Positions 34,952 through 44,430 of a stretch of DNA of 54,299 nt are shown here, in pieces. Both the position numbers and the translations under genes were made by a program. The notes beneath the pieces are model-generated. The model was not told the DNA's origin and made no database searches. It was given only the letters and a program-made list of their open reading frames with translations. Location of the stretch: positions 1 through 54,299 of IMG/VR virus record IMGVR_UViG_3300045933_000271; one strand, 5' to 3'. The DNA comes from a virus. Its lineage: Duplodnaviria; Caudoviricetes. Numbering within the stretch: the stretch's first letter is position 1; every line of letters starts with the position of its first letter.

Positions 34952-36133
34952 CTACCCCTGGTCGTCCTCGCCGCCGGCGACGCGCGCCAGCACCGTCTTG
35001 GCCTTCTCCTGGGCGGCCTTCTTGATCTTCTCCTGCTCGTCGAGCTGCGCCGCCGAGAGCTGCTGCAGCGTCTGGGCGTTCAGCTTGGGAAGGCCTCCGA
35101 TGATCTCCATCACCCGGCCCAGGGCGTTGATGCCCTTCTTCTGGGTCGACTGCCCGTCGGCCGAGAGGCAGAGGGCGGTGACCTCGGATTCGATGGAGGC
35201 CAGCTCCGTGAACGCCGGAACCAGCGCGGGTGGGACGACCATGTCCTTGGCCGCCGCCTCGATCTTGCCCTTCACTTCCTGAAGGCGGGAGAGGACGGCG
35301 GTGCGCTCGGACTTCTCGAGCTTCTCGCGCATCTCCTTCACGTAGGCCGGCTCGTCCGCGGGCGGGGGCGCCGCGAGCTTCACCGCCTTGCCCTCCTTGA
35401 CCTCGAGGCCGTGCTCCTTCAGGCTCGCGGAGAGCTGCTCCGCCTTCGCCTGCTCGGCCTTCACCTGGTCGAGAGCCGTCTTCTGGGCGGCGGTCGCCTT
35501 CTTGGCGGCCTCCTCGATCTGCTCGGGCGTCGCGGTTTCCGGAAGCCCGAGGAGGACGGCGAGTTTCTTGGGATCCATGGATTCCTCCTTCGATTTATTT
35601 CCTCCGGGCACCGTGCCCGCGAGTTCCGTGGGAATCAGGAGGTCGAAACTGTCGACCTCCCGGCTGAGCTTGATGAAGTCCTGCTGCCCGTCGAGCACGG
35701 CGAGCGGCGTCGCGCACACGTGGGTGAACGCCTCGTCGTACTCGCCGCCCTTGGTGTCGCTCACCTTGGGGTCGATGCGCGCCGAGACGGAGCGGATGGA
35801 CCGCTCCTCGATCTTCTTGGCGGCCTCGAGATCGGTCACCTCGACCTCTCCGACCAGGCGGTCGCCGTCGACCCAGAAGCGGTTCCACCAGCCGAGCGTC
35901 TTCTTCGCGTCGAAGTTGTGGCCGTCCTGGAAGGGCACGGCTTTTCGGTCGAGCGTCTGACGATATGCCTCCGTGTTCCGCACGAGGTTGCGGATCCGCT
36001 CGGGCGTGATGTCCACGAGTTGCTTCGTGATGGGGTGGACCCACTTGCCCACCCGGAGCACGTCCTTGACGAATCGCTTCGGGCCCTGCCCGGTGAAGGC
36101 GTCGCCCTGATAGAGCAGCAGTGAATTCTTCAC
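34952..36133 (-). CDS. Mu gpI-like prohead protease/scaffold
   Basis: VLRVGKWVHP..FQDGH..LGWW..IRSVSARI..HVCAT; internal scaffold start MDPKKLAVLLGLPETATPEQI with AAGGAGG RBS. Confidence 0.85.
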   Translation of the reverse strand: MKNSLLLYQGDAFTGQGPKRFVKDVLRVGKWVHPITKQLVDITPERIRNLVRNTEAYRQTLDRKAVPFQDGHNFDAKKTLGWWNRFWVDGDRLVGEVEVTDLEAAKKIEERSIRSVSARIDPKVSDTKGGEYDEAFTHVCATPLAVLDGQQDFIKLSREVDSFDLLIPTELAGTVPGGNKSKEESMDPKKLAVLLGLPETATPEQIEEAAKKATAAQKTALDQVKAEQAKAEQLSASLKEHGLEVKEGKAVKLAAPPPADEPAYVKEMREKLEKSERTAVLSRLQEVKGKIEAAAKDMVVPPALVPAFTELASIESEVTALCLSADGQSTQKKGINALGRVMEIIGGLPKLNAQTLQQLSAAQLDEQEKIKKAAQEKAKTVLARVAGGEDDQG

Positions 36134-37284
36134 GCGGCGACTCCTTTCGACCGCGCCGGCGGGACCATGCCGAAGAGGCGCGGGTTGTACTTGTGGATGG
36201 CGGCGATCCCGCCGGCCTTGACGAGCTCGTGGATGCGCTTCGAGGCCTCCGCGGAGCTCGACCCGAAGAAGCTCTCCGCGGCGAACACGTTGTCGCGTAG
36301 CTCGTCGGTGAAGGGCTGGGACTTGAGCGCCGCCACGTAGGGCAGGGCGACGTGCCGGCAGTGGGGATGCAGGCTCAGCTTCCCGCCGGGCATGGAAGCG
36401 TAGGCCGGGAATCCGAGGTCATCCTCGCCGGCGCCGATGTAGTAGACGTTCCCCGCCACGAGCGAGCAGACGTCGGGCTCGGTCGGCATGGTGGGGCTGA
36501 CCTGGATGTGGTTGACGCCGGACTGCTGCAGGCGCGCGATCGTGGCCACGGTCGCGGCGTCTCGCGTCATGGTCTTCGCCACCAGGTTGGCGTAAGCCCG
36601 CACGTCCATGCGCTTCTTACCGACGGTGATGAACTGGCCCTGGGCGAGCTGCTTGTAGAGCTCGAGGTCCGCCGCGTGGCCGGCGGCGCGGAGTCGCTCA
36701 GCGGCCGCCGGGGGGATCTTCCCGGTGAGGATCGCCTTGGCGATGTCGTTGGACACCTCGCGGCCCGCCTTGCCGCGGATGATGCCGTCCACGATGTGCT
36801 CCCGGATCTCGGCGTCGGTCTGGGCTCGAAGTTGGGTGGTCCGGATGACGAATCCCGACGTCTGGAGGACCTGGCGGTGGACGTCCTCCATCCTGGAGAT
36901 CATGGTCGCGATCAGGATGTTGAGCTGGGAGTTGCTGACCGCCGAGAACGTGCCGCTCACCTGGACGTCCGCGATCCTGGCGGCGGCGGCGTCGGCCAGC
37001 TGGCGTCGGACCTCCTGCGCGGTATCTCTGTCGCCCAGGATGAACGCCTTGGGAAGCTCCCGGCGGATCCAGTCGCGGAGCTGGCTGTCGCGGCGGGGAT
37101 TGATCTGGGCCGCCAGCTCGCGGATCCGGATCAGAGTCTCCCGGGCACGTCCCGCGCCCGCGCGCGAGACGCCGGCGGCCAGCTCCTTGAGAATGCTGTC
37201 GATGATGCGGGCGTAGAGACGCTCCAGCGCCGCGACGTTGCGGTCGCTCGCCAGCAAGACCAGGAGGTCTCTCGAAAGGCCCAT
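36130..37284 (-). CDS. Minor capsid / head morphogenesis protein (SPP1 gp7-like)
   Basis: AYANLVAKT..DVCSLVAGNVY..LHPHCRH. Confidence 0.85.
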   Translation of the reverse strand: MGLSRDLLVLLASDRNVAALERLYARIIDSILKELAAGVSRAGAGRARETLIRIRELAAQINPRRDSQLRDWIRRELPKAFILGDRDTAQEVRRQLADAAAARIADVQVSGTFSAVSNSQLNILIATMISRMEDVHRQVLQTSGFVIRTTQLRAQTDAEIREHIVDGIIRGKAGREVSNDIAKAILTGKIPPAAAERLRAAGHAADLELYKQLAQGQFITVGKKRMDVRAYANLVAKTMTRDAATVATIARLQQSGVNHIQVSPTMPTEPDVCSLVAGNVYYIGAGEDDLGFPAYASMPGGKLSLHPHCRHVALPYVAALKSQPFTDELRDNVFAAESFFGSSSAEASKRIHELVKAGGIAAIHKYNPRLFGMVPPARSKGVAA

Positions 37285-37286
37285 TT

Positions 37287-37994
37287 CTATTTGCTCGCCG
37301 ACACCGACAGCGCCCGGATGATCCCGTCCACAGTGAGCTGCAGGTTGTAGAGGTAACCCGACTGCAGCTTGAAGCTCTTCGAGTAGAGGGAGTCGATGGC
37401 GAGGTTCACCGCGCCGTTGATGTCGAGCAGCGCCGTGACGTCGCCGCCGTATCCGCCGCTCATGCCCGCGACGACGAAGTCCGTGTCGGCGACGGTCTCG
37501 GTGATCGCGACGTTCCCGACGCTTCCGAAAGCATCGTTCTCAAGCGAGATCGTCCCGTCTTCGTTGTCCGTGGCCGTGATGGCGAGCTCGGGCGCGCCGT
37601 TGATGGCCGCGGTGATGAGCGCCGCGATCTCGGCGGCCGTCTCCGTGCCAGCGATCACGACCTGGCGCAGCGTGTCGGTCTCGGTGACCGAATCGTCGTC
37701 GTCGATCTCGAGGGTGACCGGATCGTTGACACCGTCGTCGAGGACGATCTCCTCGCCATCGAGCAGGTCGGCGCCGCCGATGCAGGTGATCGTTCCCGTG
37801 GCCTTCACGCCGGTGAGCGTGGACCCGGGCTTCATCACGAGGTTGACCTTGCCCGCCACCGCCAGGGCGATGTTGATCGTGACCTCCTGGATGCCCTCGT
37901 GGGGGAGCTCGAAGTCCTCCTCCAGGATGTCGGTGTTCGCTCCCGGAGCCGCCTTGTCCACGATCTGCGGCACGACCGTATACGGAGGGGTCAT
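37287..37994 (-). CDS. Putative head decoration/fibre protein
   Basis: Acidic; ATGTIT..LLDGEEIVLDDG..TAAEIAALITAAING..MSGG; ATGA-coupled. Confidence 0.7.
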   Translation of the reverse strand: MTPPYTVVPQIVDKAAPGANTDILEEDFELPHEGIQEVTINIALAVAGKVNLVMKPGSTLTGVKATGTITCIGGADLLDGEEIVLDDGVNDPVTLEIDDDDSVTETDTLRQVVIAGTETAAEIAALITAAINGAPELAITATDNEDGTISLENDAFGSVGNVAITETVADTDFVVAGMSGGYGGDVTALLDINGAVNLAIDSLYSKSFKLQSGYLYNLQLTVDGIIRALSVSASK

Positions 37995-38194
37995 GTGTTC
38001 TCCTTCTCGGAAGGGGCCGGAGCTGCCTTCAGCTTGCCCAGCCAATACCGGCAGTCTTCGATTGCGCCTTCACAGGCCCGGACGTTTCCCTGGGCTTCAC
38101 GGAGCGCCACCTCGGACGCCCCGAGAGCGATCAGCTTCTTGGCCCTCTCCTGTTCCAGGGCCTTGAGACGCAGGGCGATCGCTTCAGCATCCAC
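37991..38194 (-). CDS. Small coiled-coil protein (67 aa)
   Basis: GTG DAEAIALRLKALEQER..EGAIEDCRYWL; fills the gap between neighbours. Confidence 0.7.
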   Translation of the reverse strand: MDAEAIALRLKALEQERAKKLIALGASEVALREAQGNVRACEGAIEDCRYWLGKLKAAPAPSEKENT

Positions 38195-38196
38195 GT

Positions 38197-39030
38197 TTAG
38201 GCGTCTCCGTTCTCGGTCCACTGGGTGTCGCCGGCGCCGGTCTTCCGCCAGTGTTCGCCGTTGGTGCGCAGATAGAGCGAACCCACGGGAGCCTCGATGC
38301 CGTCGCCTGCGGAGGGATCGACCGTACCGCTCATGATGTAGAGGCCGTTGGAGAGGCGGATCTCCGCGATCTCGACGTTCAGCCCCTGCGGGGTTTCGGT
38401 CTCGGTGTCGCTGTAGTGCTCGCTCGGTTCGGCGTACAGGTCGAGGCCGAAGTCGACGCCGCTGCCTTCGTTGTTGTTGAGCACGCGACACGCGAACATG
38501 GCACGCGCGCGCGTGACGGCCGAAGGGTCCGATCCGTCCAGGACCGCGACGACCGCGCCGTCTGCGTCGGTCACGCCGTCCATGATGACGCCCAGGATGC
38601 CACCCGAGGGATAGTCGGTGACCAGGCCCGTGACCGACAGCGCGCCGATGACGCCGCCCAGGTAGTTGCCCTCGCCATCCACGTCGGCGCCGAGCAGGTT
38701 GCCCATGACGCCGGCCAGGAACTTCGGGTCGGTGCCGTCGTCGCTGCCCGCGGCGGCCGCCAGTTCGAGATCTCCCGCGAAGACCTGGAAGGAACCTCCC
38801 CCGGCGTAAGCCGCGACGACGTCCTCTTCGCTCTGGCGGATCCATCGGCCGGGCTGAGTCGTCCGACGGTTGTCCGGCTTCAGCGTACGAAAGTCATCGT
38901 CCGCGTCTTCGCTGGCGGCGTCGTACTCGTACCAGTCCTTGGTATCGCGCACGCGTGCCAGGTCGCCGTCGTTGTGGCCTACGAGGGCCTTGAGCCCAGC
39001 CACGCTGGGGACCGCCTTGATTTCCCCCAT
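38197..39030 (-). CDS. Putative head fibre protein
   Basis: N-terminal SVAGLKAL..YEYDAAS..DDD..PGRW; C-terminal DPSAGDGIEAPVGSLYLRT..WRKTGAGDTQW fibre motif. Confidence 0.7.
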   Translation of the reverse strand: MGEIKAVPSVAGLKALVGHNDGDLARVRDTKDWYEYDAASEDADDDFRTLKPDNRRTTQPGRWIRQSEEDVVAAYAGGGSFQVFAGDLELAAAAGSDDGTDPKFLAGVMGNLLGADVDGEGNYLGGVIGALSVTGLVTDYPSGGILGVIMDGVTDADGAVVAVLDGSDPSAVTRARAMFACRVLNNNEGSGVDFGLDLYAEPSEHYSDTETETPQGLNVEIAEIRLSNGLYIMSGTVDPSAGDGIEAPVGSLYLRTNGEHWRKTGAGDTQWTENGDA

Positions 39031-39106
39031 GGTCTTTCCTCTCGCATTTATGGGCGGGGCCCGCATGGAAGCGAGCCCCGCCCTTGTCGAAAAAGGGGTA
39101 TCGGGT

Positions 39107-39754
39107 TTACTCGGCGCTCCAGACCTCGAAGTGGATCACGTCGCCCTCGGCCACGTTGGTGGCCCCGGCCTTGGTGACCACGATGCGCGTGTCGGAGATC
39201 GTCACCTTGTCCGTGATGTACTGGTGGATTCCGTCGGCGTCCACCACCCGGAAGGACCCCAGGACCGGAGCCGCGAAGGGCGTGGGGATCGTGAGGACCT
39301 CCGCCAGAACGTCGAGGGCCGTGACGATGTAGGCGTCCGCCGCGCGCGCGCGGTTGCCGTCGTTGGAGCCCCCGGCGAGCTTGTCGTCGACCGCGGCGAT
39401 GATGTTGCCCGCGTCGAGCATCGTGTGCTCGAACGCCAGGTTGCCCAGGTCGCCGGCGTCCACGGCTTCGATGCGCAGGGTCTCGGTCTCGACGGGATCG
39501 TCGTAGGCCAGCACTTTCGACGGCATCTGCGCGTTGATGGCGGCCTTCAGGTTGTCGATCGCTTCCTCGGCGTCCGCCCCGATGTCGACCAGGATGTTGC
39601 CGGCCGTCACCGCGGCGTCGTCGTCCCACTCGAAGACCTTGCCGCCGTTCAGGGGATCGCCGATGGTGATGGTCTCTTCGTCGAGCAGGTTGGCGTGATC
39701 GCCGATCCGGACCGCGCCGTAGCTCTTGTTGCCCGCGTCTCTCACTCGGCCCAT
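39107..39754 (-). CDS. Putative head decoration protein, paralogue of 37287..37994
   Basis: LLDEETITIGD..FEWDDD..AIDNLKAAINA..GDLGNLA..LAGG; AAAGGAG RBS. Confidence 0.7.
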   Translation of the reverse strand: MGRVRDAGNKSYGAVRIGDHANLLDEETITIGDPLNGGKVFEWDDDAAVTAGNILVDIGADAEEAIDNLKAAINAQMPSKVLAYDDPVETETLRIEAVDAGDLGNLAFEHTMLDAGNIIAAVDDKLAGGSNDGNRARAADAYIVTALDVLAEVLTIPTPFAAPVLGSFRVVDADGIHQYITDKVTISDTRIVVTKAGATNVAEGDVIHFEVWSAE

Positions 39755-39820
39755 CTGAAGTTCTCCTTTCGGTTGCGTTTCCTCGTGCGCCGCGGGCGAC
39801 AAGCCGCCCGGCCTGCGCGG

Positions 39821-41329
39821 CTATTCCTCGCTCGTGGCTCCGATGCGCGCGAGGTCCTCCTGGACCTGCTTTTCCATCTCGGGGGTGACCTTGACGCCGC
39901 CCTCTCCGCCGGCGATCGCCGCGGCCTTGGCGTCCCGCTCCTCGCGCTCCTGATCCCACTCCTCCTGCGCCTCGTCGAGGGGGCGCAGCTGCATCTCCAG
40001 GTCGTCGGCCATGCCGATCGCGTCGAGGCGCTTCCGGAGGGGAACGGACTCGCCTTCCGCCAGGGTGGCCTCGGCGTCCATGATCTTGAGGAGGACCTCT
40101 TTGTAGAGCTGCTGCTTGCCGGGCGAGAGGCCCCAGGCCTTGATGAAGGTCTTTGACTCCTCGAGGGCACGGCGGCCTTTGTTGAACAGGATCACGCGGT
40201 CGACGACGGGCTGCAGGATCCTGGACACGAACTCGCCGACCCGGGACTGCTGGATCTCGCCCAGGCGGTTCTCGTGGACCTCCGCTCGCGCGCGGGATCC
40301 CTGCGGCTCCGACGTGGCCGACTCGCCCGGGATGAGCCCGCACTTCAGGATCCGGACGCCCTCGGCGTCGATCGCCTGCTGGAACATGTCCCCGCGCTTG
40401 TCGTCGGTGAGGTACTGGATCTCGTTGTGGCGGTTGCCCTTCTCGTCGCGCTTCCCGGAGAGGACCACGTAGGAACGGCTCTTCAGCGCCGCGAGGGCCT
40501 TCCGCATGAGCTCTGTCGCGTCGATGGGCTTGTTGTCCTTGTCCATCGCGGTGCCGTTGGTGGCGTAGCCGATAGGCGTCGGGTGAGCCCGCCCCTCGAA
40601 GTAGGTGTTGCGCAGGAAGATCAGCCCCGACTGGTCGTACCACGGGGTGTAGGCGGAATCGTAGATGCCCAGGCCGGTCAGGCGGCCCCACTCATCCTCG
40701 ACCCGGTGGGTCCACAGGAGGAGCTCGGAGGCGTCCACCGTGACCGACTTCCCATCGGTGCGGTCCTGCGTGACGGACGAGAACTCGTCGGTCTTCTCGT
40801 CCGAGTGGAGCGTGATCGTGCGCGGATCGATGCCCTTCACGCGCTTGATGGACCAGGCCGCCGGCAGCGTGATCGAATCGGTCTGCCCCTTGGCCTTGTC
40901 CTCTAGGTCGAACGAGAAAGGACCGGATTGCCAGATGGGCTGCTGGACCTGGAAGCCGTAGAGCGGAGAGAGCGAAGCCGACCTGGAAAGCTCCGGAAAG
41001 ATCGGTCGGACCATCGCGTCCACGAGAGCGGCGAGCTGCGGATCCCTGCTCTCGATCGTCCACCGCATGTTGACGATTGGCGAGCGGACGAGCGCCGACA
41101 TGAAGTCGACGTCGGGCGAGTAGCGCATCATGATCTTGCGCGTGATGCCGACCGAGTGCGGCTTGAACTCGCCGATGATCTTCGTGACGTAGGGCGGGAA
41201 CTCGTGGCTCCCGTAGTGGGCCTGAAGTTCCATGTCGGATTCAGGCGTTGGACGGTCCCCGTCGGCCGCCAGCTGGATCCGATTGAACATGCTGCCGACC
41301 ATGGACAGGGCGCGGTTGAGGAGCATCAT
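39821..41329 (-). CDS. Portal protein (DUF935 / Mu gp29-like)
   Basis: YGFQVQQPIW, IDPRTI, WGRLTGLGIYDSAYTPWY..YFEGRAHPTPIG, GSRARAEVH; ATGA-coupled to terL. Confidence 0.88.
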   Translation of the reverse strand: MMLLNRALSMVGSMFNRIQLAADGDRPTPESDMELQAHYGSHEFPPYVTKIIGEFKPHSVGITRKIMMRYSPDVDFMSALVRSPIVNMRWTIESRDPQLAALVDAMVRPIFPELSRSASLSPLYGFQVQQPIWQSGPFSFDLEDKAKGQTDSITLPAAWSIKRVKGIDPRTITLHSDEKTDEFSSVTQDRTDGKSVTVDASELLLWTHRVEDEWGRLTGLGIYDSAYTPWYDQSGLIFLRNTYFEGRAHPTPIGYATNGTAMDKDNKPIDATELMRKALAALKSRSYVVLSGKRDEKGNRHNEIQYLTDDKRGDMFQQAIDAEGVRILKCGLIPGESATSEPQGSRARAEVHENRLGEIQQSRVGEFVSRILQPVVDRVILFNKGRRALEESKTFIKAWGLSPGKQQLYKEVLLKIMDAEATLAEGESVPLRKRLDAIGMADDLEMQLRPLDEAQEEWDQEREERDAKAAAIAGGEGGVKVTPEMEKQVQEDLARIGATSEE

Positions 41330-42894
41330 CCGAACACGCTCCCCTGGGGCGTGCCGAAGACCTCGTTGTCCTCGGGGCCGAGCATCTGGTCGGGGTCCAG
41401 GACCTCGGGATCGGGCTGGTCGGCCAGCCAGTTGTAACCCTGGGCGGCTCCGTCGATCATGTCGATGGGCTTCCCGCCGGGGAAGCGGCGGACCTGCTCG
41501 AGGAACTTCTCGTTCCAGTCGGCCTCGAGGAGGAAGACCTTGCCCGCGTGCGCGGCGGAGGCGAGGGGGTCGGCGCGGAGTTGCTTCGAACCTTCGTTGC
41601 CGGCAACGACGATGTGGGTGGAGTGACCGTCGAGCTTCTTCTCGATGGCCTCGGCCTGCGTCTTTCCTCCGGATCCGGGCTCCTGCTCGATGATGACGTC
41701 GATGCTCTTGCCGTCCGTCTTTGCGACCTGCTTGATTTCGGCGTCGCGCTCGCCGCTCGACCACCAATCGGCAACGATGTTCGTGATGTAGTACTCGCGG
41801 TCCTCGCCGATGCCGGTGAAGCCGATCTTGACGCCCGCCGTCTGGGCGGCCGACTTGTTCTTCGTGCCGGCCAGGTCCCAGGAGCGGCAGTAGCGGAGGT
41901 TCGCGGGGACCTGCTTCACGATCTTGAACCACGCGCTCTGGAACTCGCCTCCCTCGCGCGGGTAGGGCTGCTGGAGGTACATCGTGGCGAACCAAAAGGG
42001 GAGGGTGTTCTTCTGGCGCTTCTCCATCGTCGCCAGGCTGAACAGCTGCGGGCAGACGACGTCACCCTTCCTACGAGACCAGCCCAGGTCTTCTTTGCGG
42101 CCGTCGGGATGCTCGATGTGGAAGGCCTCGTCCTTGTCGGCGATCGCGGGCAGGATGAGCTCGGTCCACTTCTCGCCGCTCTCCTTCGCCGTCTGCTGAA
42201 TCCGCGCGACCAGGTCCTTATGGGACCAGCGCGTCATGACGACGATCTTGACGCCGCCTTCCTTGAAGCGGCTGGAGAAGACCGACTGGTACCAGTCGTG
42301 GATCTTCTCCAGGTGAGCTTCGGACGAGGCCTCCTCGGCGTTCTTGATCGGGTCGTCGATAATGCCGATGTCGACTGGCCGGCCGGTAAGCGGTCCGCCT
42401 ACGCCGGTCGTCACCATGCCGCCGCGGCGGAACTCTCCGCTCCTGAGGTCGTGGAGCTCCCAGTCGTCGGCTGCGCGCTTGTCCTGGCGGACTGTGATGC
42501 CGAATACCTCAGGTCCTACGGTTTCCATCAGATCGCGCACCGCGCGGCCCTTGTCGGAGGCGAACGTGGCCTCGTAGGACGATAGGGCGATGCACTTGTC
42601 GGGGAAGTTGCCGCAGATCCAGGCGGGGAAGTACTTCGACCAGAAGTCGCTCTTGCCGATCTGTGGCTGGATGCAGACGAGGAGGTTGAAGCCGACGCCG
42701 GCGAGCAGCGCGCCGGCGATCACCAGCGCGACGCGGTTGAACAGCGCCGTGTGCCTATACAGGACCCATTCCCCCTTACTGGCGAACATGCCGAGGTGTC
42801 CCGGCGTCCACGCTGCCTGACGCGAGTCGTTCAGCGCATCGAGCAAGAAGTTCTCGGCCTGCCTCGTCTGCGAGGAGTTTGCGAGCATTGCCAT
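41326..42894 (-). CDS. terL: Terminase large subunit
   Basis: QPQIGKS Walker A, GVGGPLTGR, IIDDPIK Walker B, VMTRW, YLQQP, SWDLA nuclease motif, IEQEPGSGGK. Confidence 0.95.
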   Translation of the reverse strand: MAMLANSSQTRQAENFLLDALNDSRQAAWTPGHLGMFASKGEWVLYRHTALFNRVALVIAGALLAGVGFNLLVCIQPQIGKSDFWSKYFPAWICGNFPDKCIALSSYEATFASDKGRAVRDLMETVGPEVFGITVRQDKRAADDWELHDLRSGEFRRGGMVTTGVGGPLTGRPVDIGIIDDPIKNAEEASSEAHLEKIHDWYQSVFSSRFKEGGVKIVVMTRWSHKDLVARIQQTAKESGEKWTELILPAIADKDEAFHIEHPDGRKEDLGWSRRKGDVVCPQLFSLATMEKRQKNTLPFWFATMYLQQPYPREGGEFQSAWFKIVKQVPANLRYCRSWDLAGTKNKSAAQTAGVKIGFTGIGEDREYYITNIVADWWSSGERDAEIKQVAKTDGKSIDVIIEQEPGSGGKTQAEAIEKKLDGHSTHIVVAGNEGSKQLRADPLASAAHAGKVFLLEADWNEKFLEQVRRFPGGKPIDMIDGAAQGYNWLADQPDPEVLDPDQMLGPEDNEVFGTPQGSVFG

Positions 42895-43417
42895 AGGATT
42901 CGTTGTGAGCGGCGGCGGTCGCGGCCGCGGTCGCCTGAGGGGTGTTGTTGATCACGATCCCCGCGGCCGCCGGCGTCATGCCGAGATAGGCGTGCTCGCC
43001 GCACCATTTGAGAAGCGAATCGTCCTTGTCGATGATCGACTTCGCGAAGGCGAGCGTGATGAGCAGCTGCTCGGCTTTCAGGTTGCGGATCCGGATCTTG
43101 TACTTCTTGAGCGCTTCCTTGCAGAGCTCGGGGTTGGCGCGGAAGGCCTCGAAGCCGCGGTTGAGCTGGGTGTTTCGGTTGACGATGCCGGGCGGACGGC
43201 CCTTCGGATTGAGCGTCCTGCCGGGCTTCATGCGCCCTTTCTCATCGCGGACGTCGGTGTCGACGACGATCAGGGGCTCGGGAGCTCCGGCCTCGGGCGC
43301 CGGCGAGGCGCTCGCGACCGGGGCCCCCGAGGGGGCCGCTACGGCGGACGGCAGCGACTCGGGTGCGGGATCGGCGTGGCCGTTCCCGTGATGGGTGGAT
43401 CCGTCGCTCGCGTCCAT
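42776..43417 (-). CDS. terS: Terminase small subunit
   Basis: RDEKGRMKPGRTLNPKGRPPG motif; overlaps the terL start. Confidence 0.75.
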   Translation of the reverse strand: MDASDGSTHHGNGHADPAPESLPSAVAAPSGAPVASASPAPEAGAPEPLIVVDTDVRDEKGRMKPGRTLNPKGRPPGIVNRNTQLNRGFEAFRANPELCKEALKKYKIRIRNLKAEQLLITLAFAKSIIDKDDSLLKWCGEHAYLGMTPAAAGIVINNTPQATAAATAAAHNESYGNARKLLADEAGRELLARCAERLASGSVDAGTPRHVRQ

Positions 43418-43470
43418 GTGCCCGGGTTGTACATGGAAATGTGCCTGTCAAGGGGGTGGACGTGCCGGCG

Positions 43471-43500
43471 TGATGCTAGATGATGCGAGATGACGCTAGA
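43471..43500. repeat. Three tandem 10-bp direct repeats upstream of terS
   Basis: TGATGCTAGA TGATGCGAGA TGACGCTAGA; TTGACA on the minus strand at 43452..43447. Confidence 0.8.
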
Positions 43501-43512
43501 ATAGTCGTCGTT

Positions 43513-43926
43513 TTAGCTTTTTTTCGACCCTGTATCCACCGCCTTCAGGGCCGCGCGGCAGATCGCGAGGGGAGCGGTCTCGGATCTTTCAGACCAATAT
43601 GCCGCGCCATCGCTCGGGTTGAGACTCAAGAAACCCGCCGCCCATTGCGCCGGTCGAGGCTTGCCGTCCTTCGTGTTCTTGTGAACCTGATCCAGCGAGA
43701 ACATGAATCTATCAGAGAGCTTCTCGACGACCTCCCAAGCCGCGGCGATGTCGGAGCTTGGGGCCCACATCTTTTCGAACATGAGGGACCGGCGGCGAGC
43801 GCGGACTTTCCCCTCCTGGTCGACCCAATAGATCCCGTTAACCGCGCTTTGCTTCCACCCCATCACCTTCTCGGCGACGAGCGCGTCGAGCTCCGGGCCG
43901 GGCGCCAGCTGGTCGACGTCGATCAT
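43513..43926 (-). CDS. Phage ABA-sandwich domain protein
   Basis: ELDALVAEKVMGW..SSDIAAAWEVVEKL..ETAPLAICRAALKAV. Confidence 0.85.
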   Translation of the reverse strand: MIDVDQLAPGPELDALVAEKVMGWKQSAVNGIYWVDQEGKVRARRRSLMFEKMWAPSSDIAAAWEVVEKLSDRFMFSLDQVHKNTKDGKPRPAQWAAGFLSLNPSDGAAYWSERSETAPLAICRAALKAVDTGSKKS

Positions 43927-44156
43927 TAGCGAGCCTCAAAGTCTTCGCAGTTCTCGGCCGTCTTCATCTTACGCTCAAAGTCGGCCTGAGAATCGCCGCT
44001 GAAATCAAGATCCCAAATACCTTGCTGACATCCCATCGTCGCGTTATCTCCGGGAGTGACGTCGGAGTAGGACGGGGTCGAGCCAGTAAAGTTGAAGAAG
44101 CGACACGACCAGCAGACCATCCCGGGGCGGAGTTGCGCCTTACTATCCGCTGCCAT
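43926..44156 (-). CDS. Small Cys-containing protein
   Basis: CWSCRFF..GC..AENCEDF; TAATG coupling. Confidence 0.7.
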   Translation of the reverse strand: MAADSKAQLRPGMVCWSCRFFNFTGSTPSYSDVTPGDNATMGCQQGIWDLDFSGDSQADFERKMKTAENCEDFEAR

Positions 44157-44162
44157 AAGCCC

Positions 44163-44402
44163 TCACGCGAAATAGAGCGTCTTGAGGATAACGATCTTCC
44201 CTCGAGGAAGAAAGACCGGCGAGCGGTCTGCAGAACCCCAGTGGGGCAGGACGATACGACGCTCCCTACACCAACGCTGCAGCGTCGCCTTGCTGACACC
44301 GACCTCGAAGGCCAGCGTCTTCCACGAGATTACGGCCTCCTCGCGTCTCACCTTGACGACGTCGAAGTCCAGCAGCTGATCCATCATCCCTCTTTCTCCC
44401 AT
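44163..44402 (-). CDS. Small (winged) HTH DNA-binding protein
   Basis: SWKTLAFEVGVSKATLQRW. Confidence 0.7.
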   Translation of the reverse strand: MGERGMMDQLLDFDVVKVRREEAVISWKTLAFEVGVSKATLQRWCRERRIVLPHWGSADRSPVFLPRGKIVILKTLYFA

Positions 44403-44430
44403 CTCAACTGTCCCCCTACGTCCTCGCTTC

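Noticed and set aside
37287-39754. Tail sheath genes (myovirus)
   Set aside because: Proteins are only ~215-235 aa, lie in the head module, and no sheath or baseplate wedge genes flank the tube gene
39821-41995. 724-aa ORF as a giant portal
   Set aside because: The first ~220 aa are an Arg-rich alternative frame of terL; the real start is the coupled ATG at 41329. Similar trimming was applied to several other ORFs
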